Source: Candidatus Woesearchaeota archaeon (GTDB lineage Archaea > Nanobdellota > Nanobdellia > SCGC-AAA011-G17 > ARS1403). From it: DNA of 64,000 nt. The DNA lies in assembly GCA_016188065.1 (NCBI GenBank), contig JACPIN010000001.1, positions 17,661 through 81,660 of the forward strand, given 5' to 3'. The position numbers were made by a program, and so were the translations under genes. This document shows, one piece after another, positions 47,862-56,781 of this stretch (within the stretch, counting starts at the first letter, position 1; each line of letters starts with the position of its first letter). The notes under the pieces are model-generated. The model made no database searches, had not been told where the DNA came from, and worked only from the letters and a program-made list of their open reading frames with translations.

Positions 47862-50800
47862 TCAATTATCATTTTCTCCCACAACATCATTAACAAATAC
47901 ATTCAGCAGCAGGCTTTTATGATGAGGAAATACAATTCCAGACGGGAAAGGAGAATTTATTTTCTTATAGCTATCTATTACATCCTGCTCGACTTCGCTC
48001 CATAATATTTTGTCTTGCTTGCTTTTCTGTGCTATGCTTCTCATGATGTAAAATAAAACTCTATCATTAACATCTCCCTGCCCAATATTCTCATCACTCA
48101 CAAAGTAAGCTTTAGGAATTGTTCTTTGAACAGTGCAAACTCTTCCGAAGCCGCCACAGCCTCCCAAAAATATTAATTTCTTTTGCTGGCTTTGAACATC
48201 TGACGAAAATACCCTCAGCTCGCTAAAGCTATGTCCTCTATGAGAAACAATGTCTATATTAGGATCATTAACTGCTTCTTGCACATCATTCAAATCTTCA
48301 GTTAAAATAACCCTTAATTCAATTCCGTTATATCTTCCATTGCTCCTTCCATCAGTCAAGGTGCTATCGGGATTAACAGATATTACGGAAGTTTTTTCTT
48401 TCCGCTCAACAACTTTGAACTCAAATGACTTATCAAAGTTCCCCCGGGTTCTATCAATTTGCCCTTCTTGTGTAAAGTAAAGTTTTGCGGTCAACCGATT
48501 GTCCGAAAGCCATTCTTTAGGAACTACCGGCTCAAGAATTTCTGGCAACCTGCTTGAAATTTCAATTGCTCTCTGTTTATTCTTCTCGCTAAATTTATCT
48601 TTGTTTAGTTTTATGTGATAGCCAAAAACCGCTTTTTTTATTTTATCTGGAGGCAATTCTACAGTGTATTTAGCTGGATCATCAACACTAAGGTAGCCAT
48701 TCAATAAAAATTCCTCTATCTCTGGTTTGTATTGGGATAAATAAGGCTCATTAAATATAGCTTGGACAGTACTTACTAAAAGAACTCCATTATTTCTTAA
48801 TTTATCGATATCATCTTCTTGCAATGCTTTCTTTATAGAGCCAATCAAAAATTCAGGGTCTTTGTTAATAATGTCCTTCAGCTTGTTATAGTTAGCTAAA
48901 GTTAATGTGAATCCCAGAGCGTATTTCTGTTCAGGGTCAACTTCTTTTTTTATTTTGCTAATAAAGTCAGGATATCTTGGAGCAGGATAGTTTTGGCATT
49001 GCATAAGATTGTAACAATAAAGTTTTTCAAAACTGCTTGTATACAAATCTGCCCCGCCAAATGCCAATAAATAATAAACAGACCCTAAATCTAAATTCTG
49101 GCTTGTTGTAGTCCGGACAACATCGCTTCCATACTGTCCATCTTCCCTATTATGGAAACGATTAAGATTCACTGCCATATGTTTAAAAAACAAATCGTCT
49201 GGAACCTTTTTTCTATTAATTGCAGATGCCAGTGCTTCGCCTATCTGCTTAGAATACTGCGGGAGGGTATACCACGCTGAAAGTCGGGTTATGATAAGAC
49301 CAAGAATTTCATCTGTTTTTTCGTTTTTCAAGCCAGTAAGCAACACAGAGGTAACTTTGTCACTCCTTATGCCCTCCTCACCATGCAATGTCCTTCCCGT
49401 TAATAAAACTGCCATAGCCCTAACATTTGGGTCCTCACTCCTGATATCTTTATCCAAAGTATCATAGGTTATACGCTCCCCGGAGTAATATAATCTAATG
49501 TAAGCTAAAAGGTCAAGGATTACCTCTTTACTAATAGTTGGAAATTCAAAGCCCTCTTTTAGAATATTGGTCAATGCTGGATACGATTTATTAGACCAGA
49601 CCAGAGGAAGTAAGTTATTAAGAATGGAAGCTCTTACAGAATCCTCTTCTTTCTTGTCTTCCAAAAGTCTTAAGGCTATGCTTTCAATTTTTTCTCCTTG
49701 CAAAAATCCAGCAAAATTGTCTTCCTCTTCCTTTACGATATAGTGCGATAGAGGGATTACCCCATTAATTCTAATCTGTGAATCTTCATCTCGTAAATCG
49801 TGAAGAGACTTCAAAATTCCCTCATTATTTTGTAAATTTTTGCTCCACTTTATCTCCTCAAACTTCACACATTTATTAGTAACGCATAAGCTGTCCTCAT
49901 CCCAGCAATCCCTCTCTCCATTTTCAGTAACCAAAATAAAATCATCTTTGCAGTAAGGCAGGCAGACATTTTCTGTTTTAGCTAAACCAGCAACAGGCTT
50001 TCCCGCTCTCTTCTCAGTATTATATGGAACACAGCTTTCAGTTTCCTTTCCCAACAATCCATTCCAAATCTCCTTATTTATCATAACTAAAGAAACATAT
50101 TTTTTAGTTCCAAGAGGCAAATGGCATTTATTATTTGAATCTGGATTTGTAGTTATCTTTATTCTCTTATCAGCTAAAATCTCTTGCCATCCAGCATTTT
50201 CATTTCCAACACACTTCCTCCATCCCCCTACTCTCTTAGGCCCGGCATTGTAAGCGGCTAACGCTAACTCCTCACTTCCAAAAGCGTCTAATTGTTGTTT
50301 CAAATACAAAGAGCCAGCATGCAGTAAATTCATCCATTTAGCAGGTTTTTTATGGTGCTTGCCATCAAATAATTTGGCAGTATCGGGCAGGGTCTGCATT
50401 AAGCCATCAGCTCCAAATCCTCCTTTCGCATATTTTCTCCCGCTTGACTCTTTTGTAATAACAGCTAAAAGCAAAGATAAATCAATGTTCTCAATCTCAG
50501 ATACCTCTTTTATTTCATTAAATACTTCATTGTCTTTTTTTTCTAAATTCTTCTTGGTTTCTTCAACAATTCTCTGGCAGAACTCTTTTGGATTTCCGAA
50601 CACTTTAGCAAGACCTTTTACTGCTTTTCTTGCAAATGTAGGATTGTTTACATCGCATCCTATTTCATCTTTTCCATAATCAATAATAGCATTATAATCC
50701 TCCTCTGTTATCCATCTATGTTTTAAAGCTAAATCCAAATTCTCATTGTATAATTCAGCATTCCCATATTCTCCATTAATGGAATTATAAGCAATTTCAG

Positions 50801-53309
50801 GTTTGTATTTAATATGCTCTAATAAATAGGCAGCAAATTCCTCAATGTCTATGCACTGCGCAGGCCTGTAAGCTCCATTCATAGGGTTATCTTGGTTATT
50901 CTTCCATAAAGTAAAGCCTTCATAATCATTAAAAATATGCTCACTGCAAAAGTCTAGCGTCTCAAAAAATTCCTTATACTCCGGAATAAAATCAAATCTT
51001 AAACGTTCTCTGCTAACAAAATCCCTGATCAATTTATCCTTTATAAAAACATCAAATAAATCATTGCTTACAATAACATCAAACGCCTCTTCAGAGCTCA
51101 TTCCCTCTCTGTAAAAAGGCCTATACCGCAATACTTCTTTAAGAAACATCTTAGCAAGATTCTTTTCAATGGCAATTTGCTTAACCCTCTCATACACACC
51201 ATGGACATATTTTCCTTCTTCATCATAAATTATCTTATCATATTTCTCCCTCAGTTGATTTTGATAGGCATGAACATATTCGTGATATAGATCAGACTCT
51301 GGATTATAAGGATAGGTGCGCTCAGGATGCAGCAATGCATCTGACTCATAAAAGTCAACATATAATGTATTTTTACGAGGAATATAAAATGCCGCTACCG
51401 CCCCTCCTCTATCAACCGAGGATTTAGTCTCAAGCCTATAAAACATAGGCATCTCATCTTTAGTAACTAAATAAATCTTTAAGTTTTCAACCTTCAGCGG
51501 CTTGAACTTATTTTGGATAAGATAAAGAATGTCATCATTGAGCTGCTCAAGAACCTCTTTTTTAGCATCGTCTCTTGATACTCCATTAAGCACTATTCTT
51601 CTTTCAATATATCCCTCAGAATATCCGAGTTTAATAGAACATTTATTATCTTCAACAGTGCTTCCAGTAATCAAATCAGAATTTTTGTCATCGTAGCTGG
51701 CGCATAAAACATCAGTGGTTTTTATTTTGCTGGTATCTATCTCAGGCTCAAGAATTTTTCTTAATGATTCTAAATCGAGCTCGGCTTTTCTTTTATCGCT
51801 TTCAGGTTCAATGATTTCAAAAGTTTCAGGATCATAATAAATTCTGTCATAAATTTCAAAGGGTTTTCCAAAAAGACCCTCTTTTCCTTCTATACCAAAA
51901 GATTCTCCTTCCAGATTAAAAATATCATAATAAGAAATATACGAACCATTTTCATTTTGACTTTTAGACAATTTATATGTTCCCATAATCCCTACACTTC
52001 CTACAATCCCAAGTTCTTCTACAATCCCAAGTTCTTCTTCAATCCCACGTGCATCATAGAATCTAGCTTCACCACCGTATTTATCAATATAGTTAATTAG
52101 ATCCTGTAAAGATAGGTTTGTTCGAGTTTTATAATCGGGAATGTTTGCTTTAAATTGTGATATAAAATCATTTATTTTGTAATAATAGATTTCGTCTTTG
52201 CTATCACTTGGTCTATAATCAGATATACCGAAAGTATTATGCTGCTGTGGTAAACCTAAATAAAATCTCCATGCATCTTCACGTCGATTATTCGATAATT
52301 TCCTCTCTTTCAAAAGGTTAAAAACAAATTCTCTTAGTTTCTCATCTCTTCCTATTCCATACCCATAAGGTACAATTCCTTTATAAAGCAATTCGCTAAC
52401 ACATGGTAAATAAGCCTCTCTCTGCTCTCGAGTAATCCCCTTTTCAGCAAGTTCCTTCCTTGCACGTTCCTTCATCTCCTCAAAAGAATATTCAGAAGGT
52501 TTAAGATCAGAAAATACTCGTGTATTATCCACTTCAACAGGGCATGTCTCAACTAAAACTCCTTCCAAAGTTTTCCTCGGCTTCGCAATTCTCACAACCC
52601 CAGGAACAATCTCTTTCTGCGCAGGAATTAAAGAAACAGGTTTTCCTTCATTTCTATTATCAAAGAAAACCCTTATCTTAATTCCATAATCATTGTAGTC
52701 AGTATAGCTTCCTCTTTCATATCTTAAAATTCTCTTCTCATTCCTAGTTCCAGTTCCAAAAGGCAATGTATAAATTACTTCGGTATTGTCGTAAACTTCA
52801 ACAGACTCATCTTGCTTAGTAAACACACTTCTGTAAATTATCTTATCAGGAGTATGCACATAATATTTAGGATTGTTAGGAAATACAAATTTAGAATTAT
52901 CTTTAATCGTGATAGAGTAAGCATTTATGTTTTCAGCTCTCTCGCCAACAGGAACAGGCTGCGGAATTGCAATTGGTTTCATATTAATCGGATCAAGAAC
53001 TTGTTGAAATGATACAGTTACCTCAGTATTATGCTCATATGTCTCATACCATACAATAGAAAACTGTAAAATCTGTTTTCCTAAAGGTGGATTTATAAAA
53101 ATATATTGTCCGTTAGAATCTGTTACAGTTTTTTTATCAGTACCTTTAATAGCAACTTGAACTCCTTTTAGAGGTTGGTCATTCTCATCCAAAACTGTTC
53201 CACCAACAGCATGAGAGATCCCCTCAGGACTCTCTCCTACAATCTGGCTTTCGCTTAAAGGAATAAAAAATAACATCCCAAGAATTAAAATAAAAACTAA
53301 TTTATTCAT
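47862..53309 (-). CDS. giant secreted multidomain protein (CarboxypepD_reg-like, HExxH metalloprotease motif, lytic transglycosylase, HEAT-like repeats, C-terminal His/Cys module)
   Basis: 1815 aa. Signal peptide; GTVLDENDQPLKGVQVAIKG...DSNGQYIF; LYHEYVHAYQ; the SLT domain LLLAVITKESSGRKYAKGGFGADGLMQTLPD...AAYNAGP; and the C-terminal ...SHRGHSF...FLGGCGGFGRVC. Confidence 0.7.
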   Translation of the reverse strand: MNKLVFILILGMLFFIPLSESQIVGESPEGISHAVGGTVLDENDQPLKGVQVAIKGTDKKTVTDSNGQYIFINPPLGKQILQFSIVWYETYEHNTEVTVSFQQVLDPINMKPIAIPQPVPVGERAENINAYSITIKDNSKFVFPNNPKYYVHTPDKIIYRSVFTKQDESVEVYDNTEVIYTLPFGTGTRNEKRILRYERGSYTDYNDYGIKIRVFFDNRNEGKPVSLIPAQKEIVPGVVRIAKPRKTLEGVLVETCPVEVDNTRVFSDLKPSEYSFEEMKERARKELAEKGITREQREAYLPCVSELLYKGIVPYGYGIGRDEKLREFVFNLLKERKLSNNRREDAWRFYLGLPQQHNTFGISDYRPSDSKDEIYYYKINDFISQFKANIPDYKTRTNLSLQDLINYIDKYGGEARFYDARGIEEELGIVEELGIVGSVGIMGTYKLSKSQNENGSYISYYDIFNLEGESFGIEGKEGLFGKPFEIYDRIYYDPETFEIIEPESDKRKAELDLESLRKILEPEIDTSKIKTTDVLCASYDDKNSDLITGSTVEDNKCSIKLGYSEGYIERRIVLNGVSRDDAKKEVLEQLNDDILYLIQNKFKPLKVENLKIYLVTKDEMPMFYRLETKSSVDRGGAVAAFYIPRKNTLYVDFYESDALLHPERTYPYNPESDLYHEYVHAYQNQLREKYDKIIYDEEGKYVHGVYERVKQIAIEKNLAKMFLKEVLRYRPFYREGMSSEEAFDVIVSNDLFDVFIKDKLIRDFVSRERLRFDFIPEYKEFFETLDFCSEHIFNDYEGFTLWKNNQDNPMNGAYRPAQCIDIEEFAAYLLEHIKYKPEIAYNSINGEYGNAELYNENLDLALKHRWITEEDYNAIIDYGKDEIGCDVNNPTFARKAVKGLAKVFGNPKEFCQRIVEETKKNLEKKDNEVFNEIKEVSEIENIDLSLLLAVITKESSGRKYAKGGFGADGLMQTLPDTAKLFDGKHHKKPAKWMNLLHAGSLYLKQQLDAFGSEELALAAYNAGPKRVGGWRKCVGNENAGWQEILADKRIKITTNPDSNNKCHLPLGTKKYVSLVMINKEIWNGLLGKETESCVPYNTEKRAGKPVAGLAKTENVCLPYCKDDFILVTENGERDCWDEDSLCVTNKCVKFEEIKWSKNLQNNEGILKSLHDLRDEDSQIRINGVIPLSHYIVKEEEDNFAGFLQGEKIESIALRLLEDKKEEDSVRASILNNLLPLVWSNKSYPALTNILKEGFEFPTISKEVILDLLAYIRLYYSGERITYDTLDKDIRSEDPNVRAMAVLLTGRTLHGEEGIRSDKVTSVLLTGLKNEKTDEILGLIITRLSAWYTLPQYSKQIGEALASAINRKKVPDDLFFKHMAVNLNRFHNREDGQYGSDVVRTTTSQNLDLGSVYYLLAFGGADLYTSSFEKLYCYNLMQCQNYPAPRYPDFISKIKKEVDPEQKYALGFTLTLANYNKLKDIINKDPEFLIGSIKKALQEDDIDKLRNNGVLLVSTVQAIFNEPYLSQYKPEIEEFLLNGYLSVDDPAKYTVELPPDKIKKAVFGYHIKLNKDKFSEKNKQRAIEISSRLPEILEPVVPKEWLSDNRLTAKLYFTQEGQIDRTRGNFDKSFEFKVVERKEKTSVISVNPDSTLTDGRSNGRYNGIELRVILTEDLNDVQEAVNDPNIDIVSHRGHSFSELRVFSSDVQSQQKKLIFLGGCGGFGRVCTVQRTIPKAYFVSDENIGQGDVNDRVLFYIMRSIAQKSKQDKILWSEVEQDVIDSYKKINSPFPSGIVFPHHKSLLLNVFVNDVVGENDN
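47902..47982. repeat. direct repeat B (authentic 3' end of the giant gene)
   Basis: Partner of 45993-46073. Confidence 0.7.
51990..52050. repeat. in-frame 18-bp tandem repeat (about 3 copies) inside the giant gene
   Basis: ACAATCCCAAGTTCTTCT x2 plus partial copies. It encodes EELGIVEELGIV. Confidence 0.6.
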
Positions 53310-54658
53310 CTGCCGCCCCTTTCAACTATTTTCCAGTAGCCGCCTTTTGCAGGGCCAATTCTTTTTAACAGGCCTTTTTTCTTTAATTTTGAAATATTCT
53401 TATCAATTGCCGTAGTGCTGATTCCTATCCTCTCAGATAATTCTTGTTTTGAAATTTTTTGATTCTTTGAAATTAGGGATAAGATTTTTCTTTGAGTTTC
53501 TACCAACCCTTCTACCAACCCTTCTACCAACCCTTCTACTGCATCTATTTTTGGTCTATAAAAAATAATCCTGAAAAAATCATTAGTTTCAAATTTAACT
53601 TTTATTCCTCTTTGCTTAACAAGATTTTTGATTCTATTGATGCCAGAACCAACCTTTTCAATTAAATTCAACCTATGGAATATATCAAACAATAGGGGGT
53701 TTCTGGGAATGCTAATTTTGCCTAACTCTTTCCTATCAAAAAGAAGTTTTCCTTTATTTGTAATTTCAACCCTATCATCAAATATTTCCACAAATATACC
53801 AAACCTGTCTTCAAAATAATCCCTATGGATTATAGAGTTGATTATCGCTTCTCTTAAAGCCTCATAAGGTATTTCTGGAATTTCTTTTCTTGGGCCATAT
53901 CCCTTTATCTCATATTCCAATCTTAAATGCTGTTTTAAAAAAGCAAATGCATCTTCATAATTTCTTAGTAAATCATTTTTGAAATCTTTTCTATCAATAA
54001 TGTCTACCTTTTCTTCGCCTTTGAATAAAACACAAGTAATGAAATTTTGCCTAAAAAACTTTTCCGGATTCTTAGCAAACAATAAAACTCCCGAATTATT
54101 CAACATAAACCTTTTATTGAAAGACTCTCCAAAGGAAAGATTGATTAAAATCTCCTTGATAGGAATTACTTTAGAAATATTACTTCTTCTTAGAAACTCT
54201 TTGAATTTATTCTTATCAAAATCTTTTGGGAAATTGAACTCTTTATTTAGCTGCTCATCGAATTTAACTTTTCCAACCTCGCGAATTAGCTCAACAATTT
54301 CATCCCTCTTCATCTTCTGGGAATTTGGACCTTGCCTCAAGTAAAATCCTTCTTTGCATTTGTATGGTTTGTCTTTTCCTTCTTCAACATGGATTATCAA
54401 GATGTTTTCAAGTTCTTCCAATTTAATTTTTATCTTCGGATCGCAATTATTTGCTATATCCTGAATTTCCGATTTTATCTTATTTGTTGTTTTTATACCT
54501 TTTATGTTTCCATTATCTGTCACTCCCAAAAATATTCTTCCTCCTTCTGAGTTTGCAAAAGCAACAAGCTCTTTATCTAACTTATTTATCGATTCTTTGA
54601 ATTCTAACTTCAATCCTTCTCCTTCCTGCAGTATAAAATTTAATTCTTTTTTATCCAT
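53306..54658 (-). CDS. AlbA_2 (Schlafen-like) domain / HATPase / wHTH putative transcriptional regulator
   Basis: LKLEFKESINKLDKELVAFANSEGGRIFLGVTDNGNIKGI is the AlbA_2 signature. The C-terminal wHTH is ISKQELSERIGISTTAIDKNISKLKKKGLL. Confidence 0.6.
   Translation of the reverse strand: MDKKELNFILQEGEGLKLEFKESINKLDKELVAFANSEGGRIFLGVTDNGNIKGIKTTNKIKSEIQDIANNCDPKIKIKLEELENILIIHVEEGKDKPYKCKEGFYLRQGPNSQKMKRDEIVELIREVGKVKFDEQLNKEFNFPKDFDKNKFKEFLRRSNISKVIPIKEILINLSFGESFNKRFMLNNSGVLLFAKNPEKFFRQNFITCVLFKGEEKVDIIDRKDFKNDLLRNYEDAFAFLKQHLRLEYEIKGYGPRKEIPEIPYEALREAIINSIIHRDYFEDRFGIFVEIFDDRVEITNKGKLLFDRKELGKISIPRNPLLFDIFHRLNLIEKVGSGINRIKNLVKQRGIKVKFETNDFFRIIFYRPKIDAVEGLVEGLVEGLVETQRKILSLISKNQKISKQELSERIGISTTAIDKNISKLKKKGLLKRIGPAKGGYWKIVERGGR
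53501..53539. repeat. in-frame 12-bp tandem repeat (TACCAACCCTTC x3.25)
   Basis: It encodes (EGLV)4 in the linker before the C-terminal wHTH. Confidence 0.6.
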
Positions 54659-55663
54659 CTACACAACTCCTATCCTGTCAATATAGTAATAATACTGGCT
54701 TGCAGGCCAAGTACTTGTTCCAGAGCCAGCTATCAAGTATGCTTTTCCATTTTCAACAGGTACTTTAACCTCGCCGCTTCCAGCGCCGTATCCATTGAAA
54801 TTTATTCTAGTTTCTCCAATTTTGTATGCATAAGTATCAAATCCGTCTTTTAATTTGGGCCATAAACCAGCACCATATCCAACATTATGTCCAGATTTAA
54901 AAAGATAAGAAACAGTTATCTCTTTTGCACCATCAGGAGCTTGAAACACAAACAGCTCAGTATTGCTTCCTAAACTTTGAGCAACGAAACCATCTTCTCT
55001 AGCAATGGCCTCATATTCCTCATCGCTGAATTCAAATGTTTCATCATCTTTAATAACTTCATCAGCAGTTACCCTTAACCTATCTTTCTTCTGATCCCAC
55101 TTATCCCTGAATTTATCATAATTAAAGTGATATGCTCTTAATAACTTGAAGTCAGTTGGCTTAGTAGCCTCATCGCCCAAGCTGTAAATGCTTTTAGATT
55201 CCTCAGGTAGTTTACATCCCTCTCCAAAATAACTCCTTAAAACTTCTTTATCTTTTTCACTCCAAAATAATTTATCATTATCAAAATCATATTTTTTCAG
55301 CATATTTGCATAAGTTGAAGCAGACAATTTTCCAGCATTATATTGTTTTCTTAATTCTTCAATATCCGCATCAGCTTTTTCAAAATCCTTTTCATCTACG
55401 CATCCATTATTATCAAAGTCACCAATTAATTTTCCTTTATCAAAATCTTCAGCAAAAATAAAAAAGTCCTCAACATCTATTTTTCTGTTTTTATCCAGGT
55501 CAAATTTTTCATTATCTTTATTTACATTTTTCTGATAGTTATCGGCAAACAAAAAGAAATCATCAAAATCAACTTTCCCATCATTATTGAAATCGGAGTT
55601 TAAAGCAAAGGCTGCACTGATTAAAATTAAAAATATAAATATTAAAGCACCTTTTTTTAACAT
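54659..55663 (-). CDS. secreted dockerin-domain protein
   Basis: A signal peptide is followed by DFNNDGKVDFDDFFLFA...FDLDKNRKIDVEDFFIFA (a dockerin pair), a third DFDNNGCVDEKDF repeat, and a ~200-aa C-terminal domain. Confidence 0.55.
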   Translation of the reverse strand: MLKKGALIFIFLILISAAFALNSDFNNDGKVDFDDFFLFADNYQKNVNKDNEKFDLDKNRKIDVEDFFIFAEDFDKGKLIGDFDNNGCVDEKDFEKADADIEELRKQYNAGKLSASTYANMLKKYDFDNDKLFWSEKDKEVLRSYFGEGCKLPEESKSIYSLGDEATKPTDFKLLRAYHFNYDKFRDKWDQKKDRLRVTADEVIKDDETFEFSDEEYEAIAREDGFVAQSLGSNTELFVFQAPDGAKEITVSYLFKSGHNVGYGAGLWPKLKDGFDTYAYKIGETRINFNGYGAGSGEVKVPVENGKAYLIAGSGTSTWPASQYYYYIDRIGVV

Positions 55664-56263
55664 TCAACCAAACACCTCTATAGTTTTAGCTTTAACCTTA
55701 TACTTCTCCAGTAATTTAAAGATTTCTTTTCTGTATTGGACAGGCAGCATAATACAACTCTTGCCAAGCTTTTTGCCATCATACTTATTCAATATACCCT
55801 CATAAGATTTATTTCCGACTCTAAAGCCATAAAGCTTATTAAGAAAAGCCCCTCTATTTTTTCCTACCTCGTCCCAAAAAATAATAATAAATTTCTTTAC
55901 ATCAGAAGTTTTTTCTCTTAGTTCGTATGCTCCGTATAAAACAATGCCTGTAGAAGCAATTGAGGTATGAAGATCCTTCCATTCTTTCAAATCTCCTATT
56001 TTAATATCAAAATCATTGCTAATCCCCTTTAATTTAAACAGGGATGCCTCTCTGCTTTCATAAAATTTTTCCGAAACATCTCTTATCTCATTTTCAAATT
56101 TTTTGGTTTTCTTTTTCACCTCGATAAATAAATCAATATCGCTTTCCTTTGTCCCTTCATCTCTTGCAACAGAGCCGTAAAGGATTACTTTTTCTACATT
56201 GCCTACACTCTTTAGATTACTCAAAAGATAGGATACAAAATAACTAGCATATTGTTTCAGCAT
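55664..56263 (-). CDS. nucleotidyltransferase (MNT-like) with C-terminal extension
   Basis: VILYGSVARDEGTKESDIDLFI is the NTase GS...DxD motif. Confidence 0.6.
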   Translation of the reverse strand: MLKQYASYFVSYLLSNLKSVGNVEKVILYGSVARDEGTKESDIDLFIEVKKKTKKFENEIRDVSEKFYESREASLFKLKGISNDFDIKIGDLKEWKDLHTSIASTGIVLYGAYELREKTSDVKKFIIIFWDEVGKNRGAFLNKLYGFRVGNKSYEGILNKYDGKKLGKSCIMLPVQYRKEIFKLLEKYKVKAKTIEVFG

Positions 56264-56667
56264 TTCACAATCTCCTTCAATTTGAAAAATAAATTAATTT
56301 TGTCTTGTAAAACCGTCTCGCTTGCAGGAGCTCCATAAGCCAAATCATCTCTTTTTAGTTCAATTCTGCAGATGATCTCAACAACTTCGTCGATTTTTTC
56401 AAGCGACTTTATAGGAGAAGTTATCTGTTTTTGCAAGATCTCCAAAACCCTTTCTTTCTTTCTTTTAAACCATGTATGATCTATTTTAGATCCTTCTTTC
56501 ATCACATCCAGCTTATGAAAATACAACTCTAGAAGATTAACTGCTCCTAAAGAAAGGGAAAAAGCAAGCCTTCTCTGATGCATGAGCAATCCATTTTTAT
56601 CATTCAAGGCAACTTCTATTTCATCTAATACCTCTTTCAAAGCTTCTTCATGCCTTTCTCTCCTCAT
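56257..56667 (-). CDS. helical partner protein of the NTase (HEPN-like?)
   Basis: 136 aa, overlapping the NTase start. No clean Rx4-6H motif is visible. Confidence 0.3.
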   Translation of the reverse strand: MRRERHEEALKEVLDEIEVALNDKNGLLMHQRRLAFSLSLGAVNLLELYFHKLDVMKEGSKIDHTWFKRKKERVLEILQKQITSPIKSLEKIDEVVEIICRIELKRDDLAYGAPASETVLQDKINLFFKLKEIVKC

Positions 56668-56767
56668 TTTAAGTCATTTGTCTTAATAAGTTTAAGACAC
56701 TTGTCTTTATAAATTTTTCTGAAATTTTAAGTCATTTGTCTTAATAAGTTTAAGACACTTGTCTTTA
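56667..56767. repeat. two copies of a 43-bp unit (58-bp period) with internal dyad symmetry
   Basis: TTTTAAGTCATTTGTCTTAATAAGTTTAAGACACTTGTCTTTA x2. Each unit contains TGTCTTAA-N5-TTAAGACA and AAGACA-CT-TGTCTT. Confidence 0.6.
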
Positions 56768-56781
56768 AGAATTTTGGATAA

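Noticed and set aside
56667-56767. Possible CRISPR array (regularly spaced identical repeats here and at 60393-60530)
   Set aside because: There are only two copies each, the spacers are not unique-sized, no cas genes are present, and the units have internal dyad symmetry or lie in a 3'-end duplication. They are operator-like or slippage repeats, not CRISPR.
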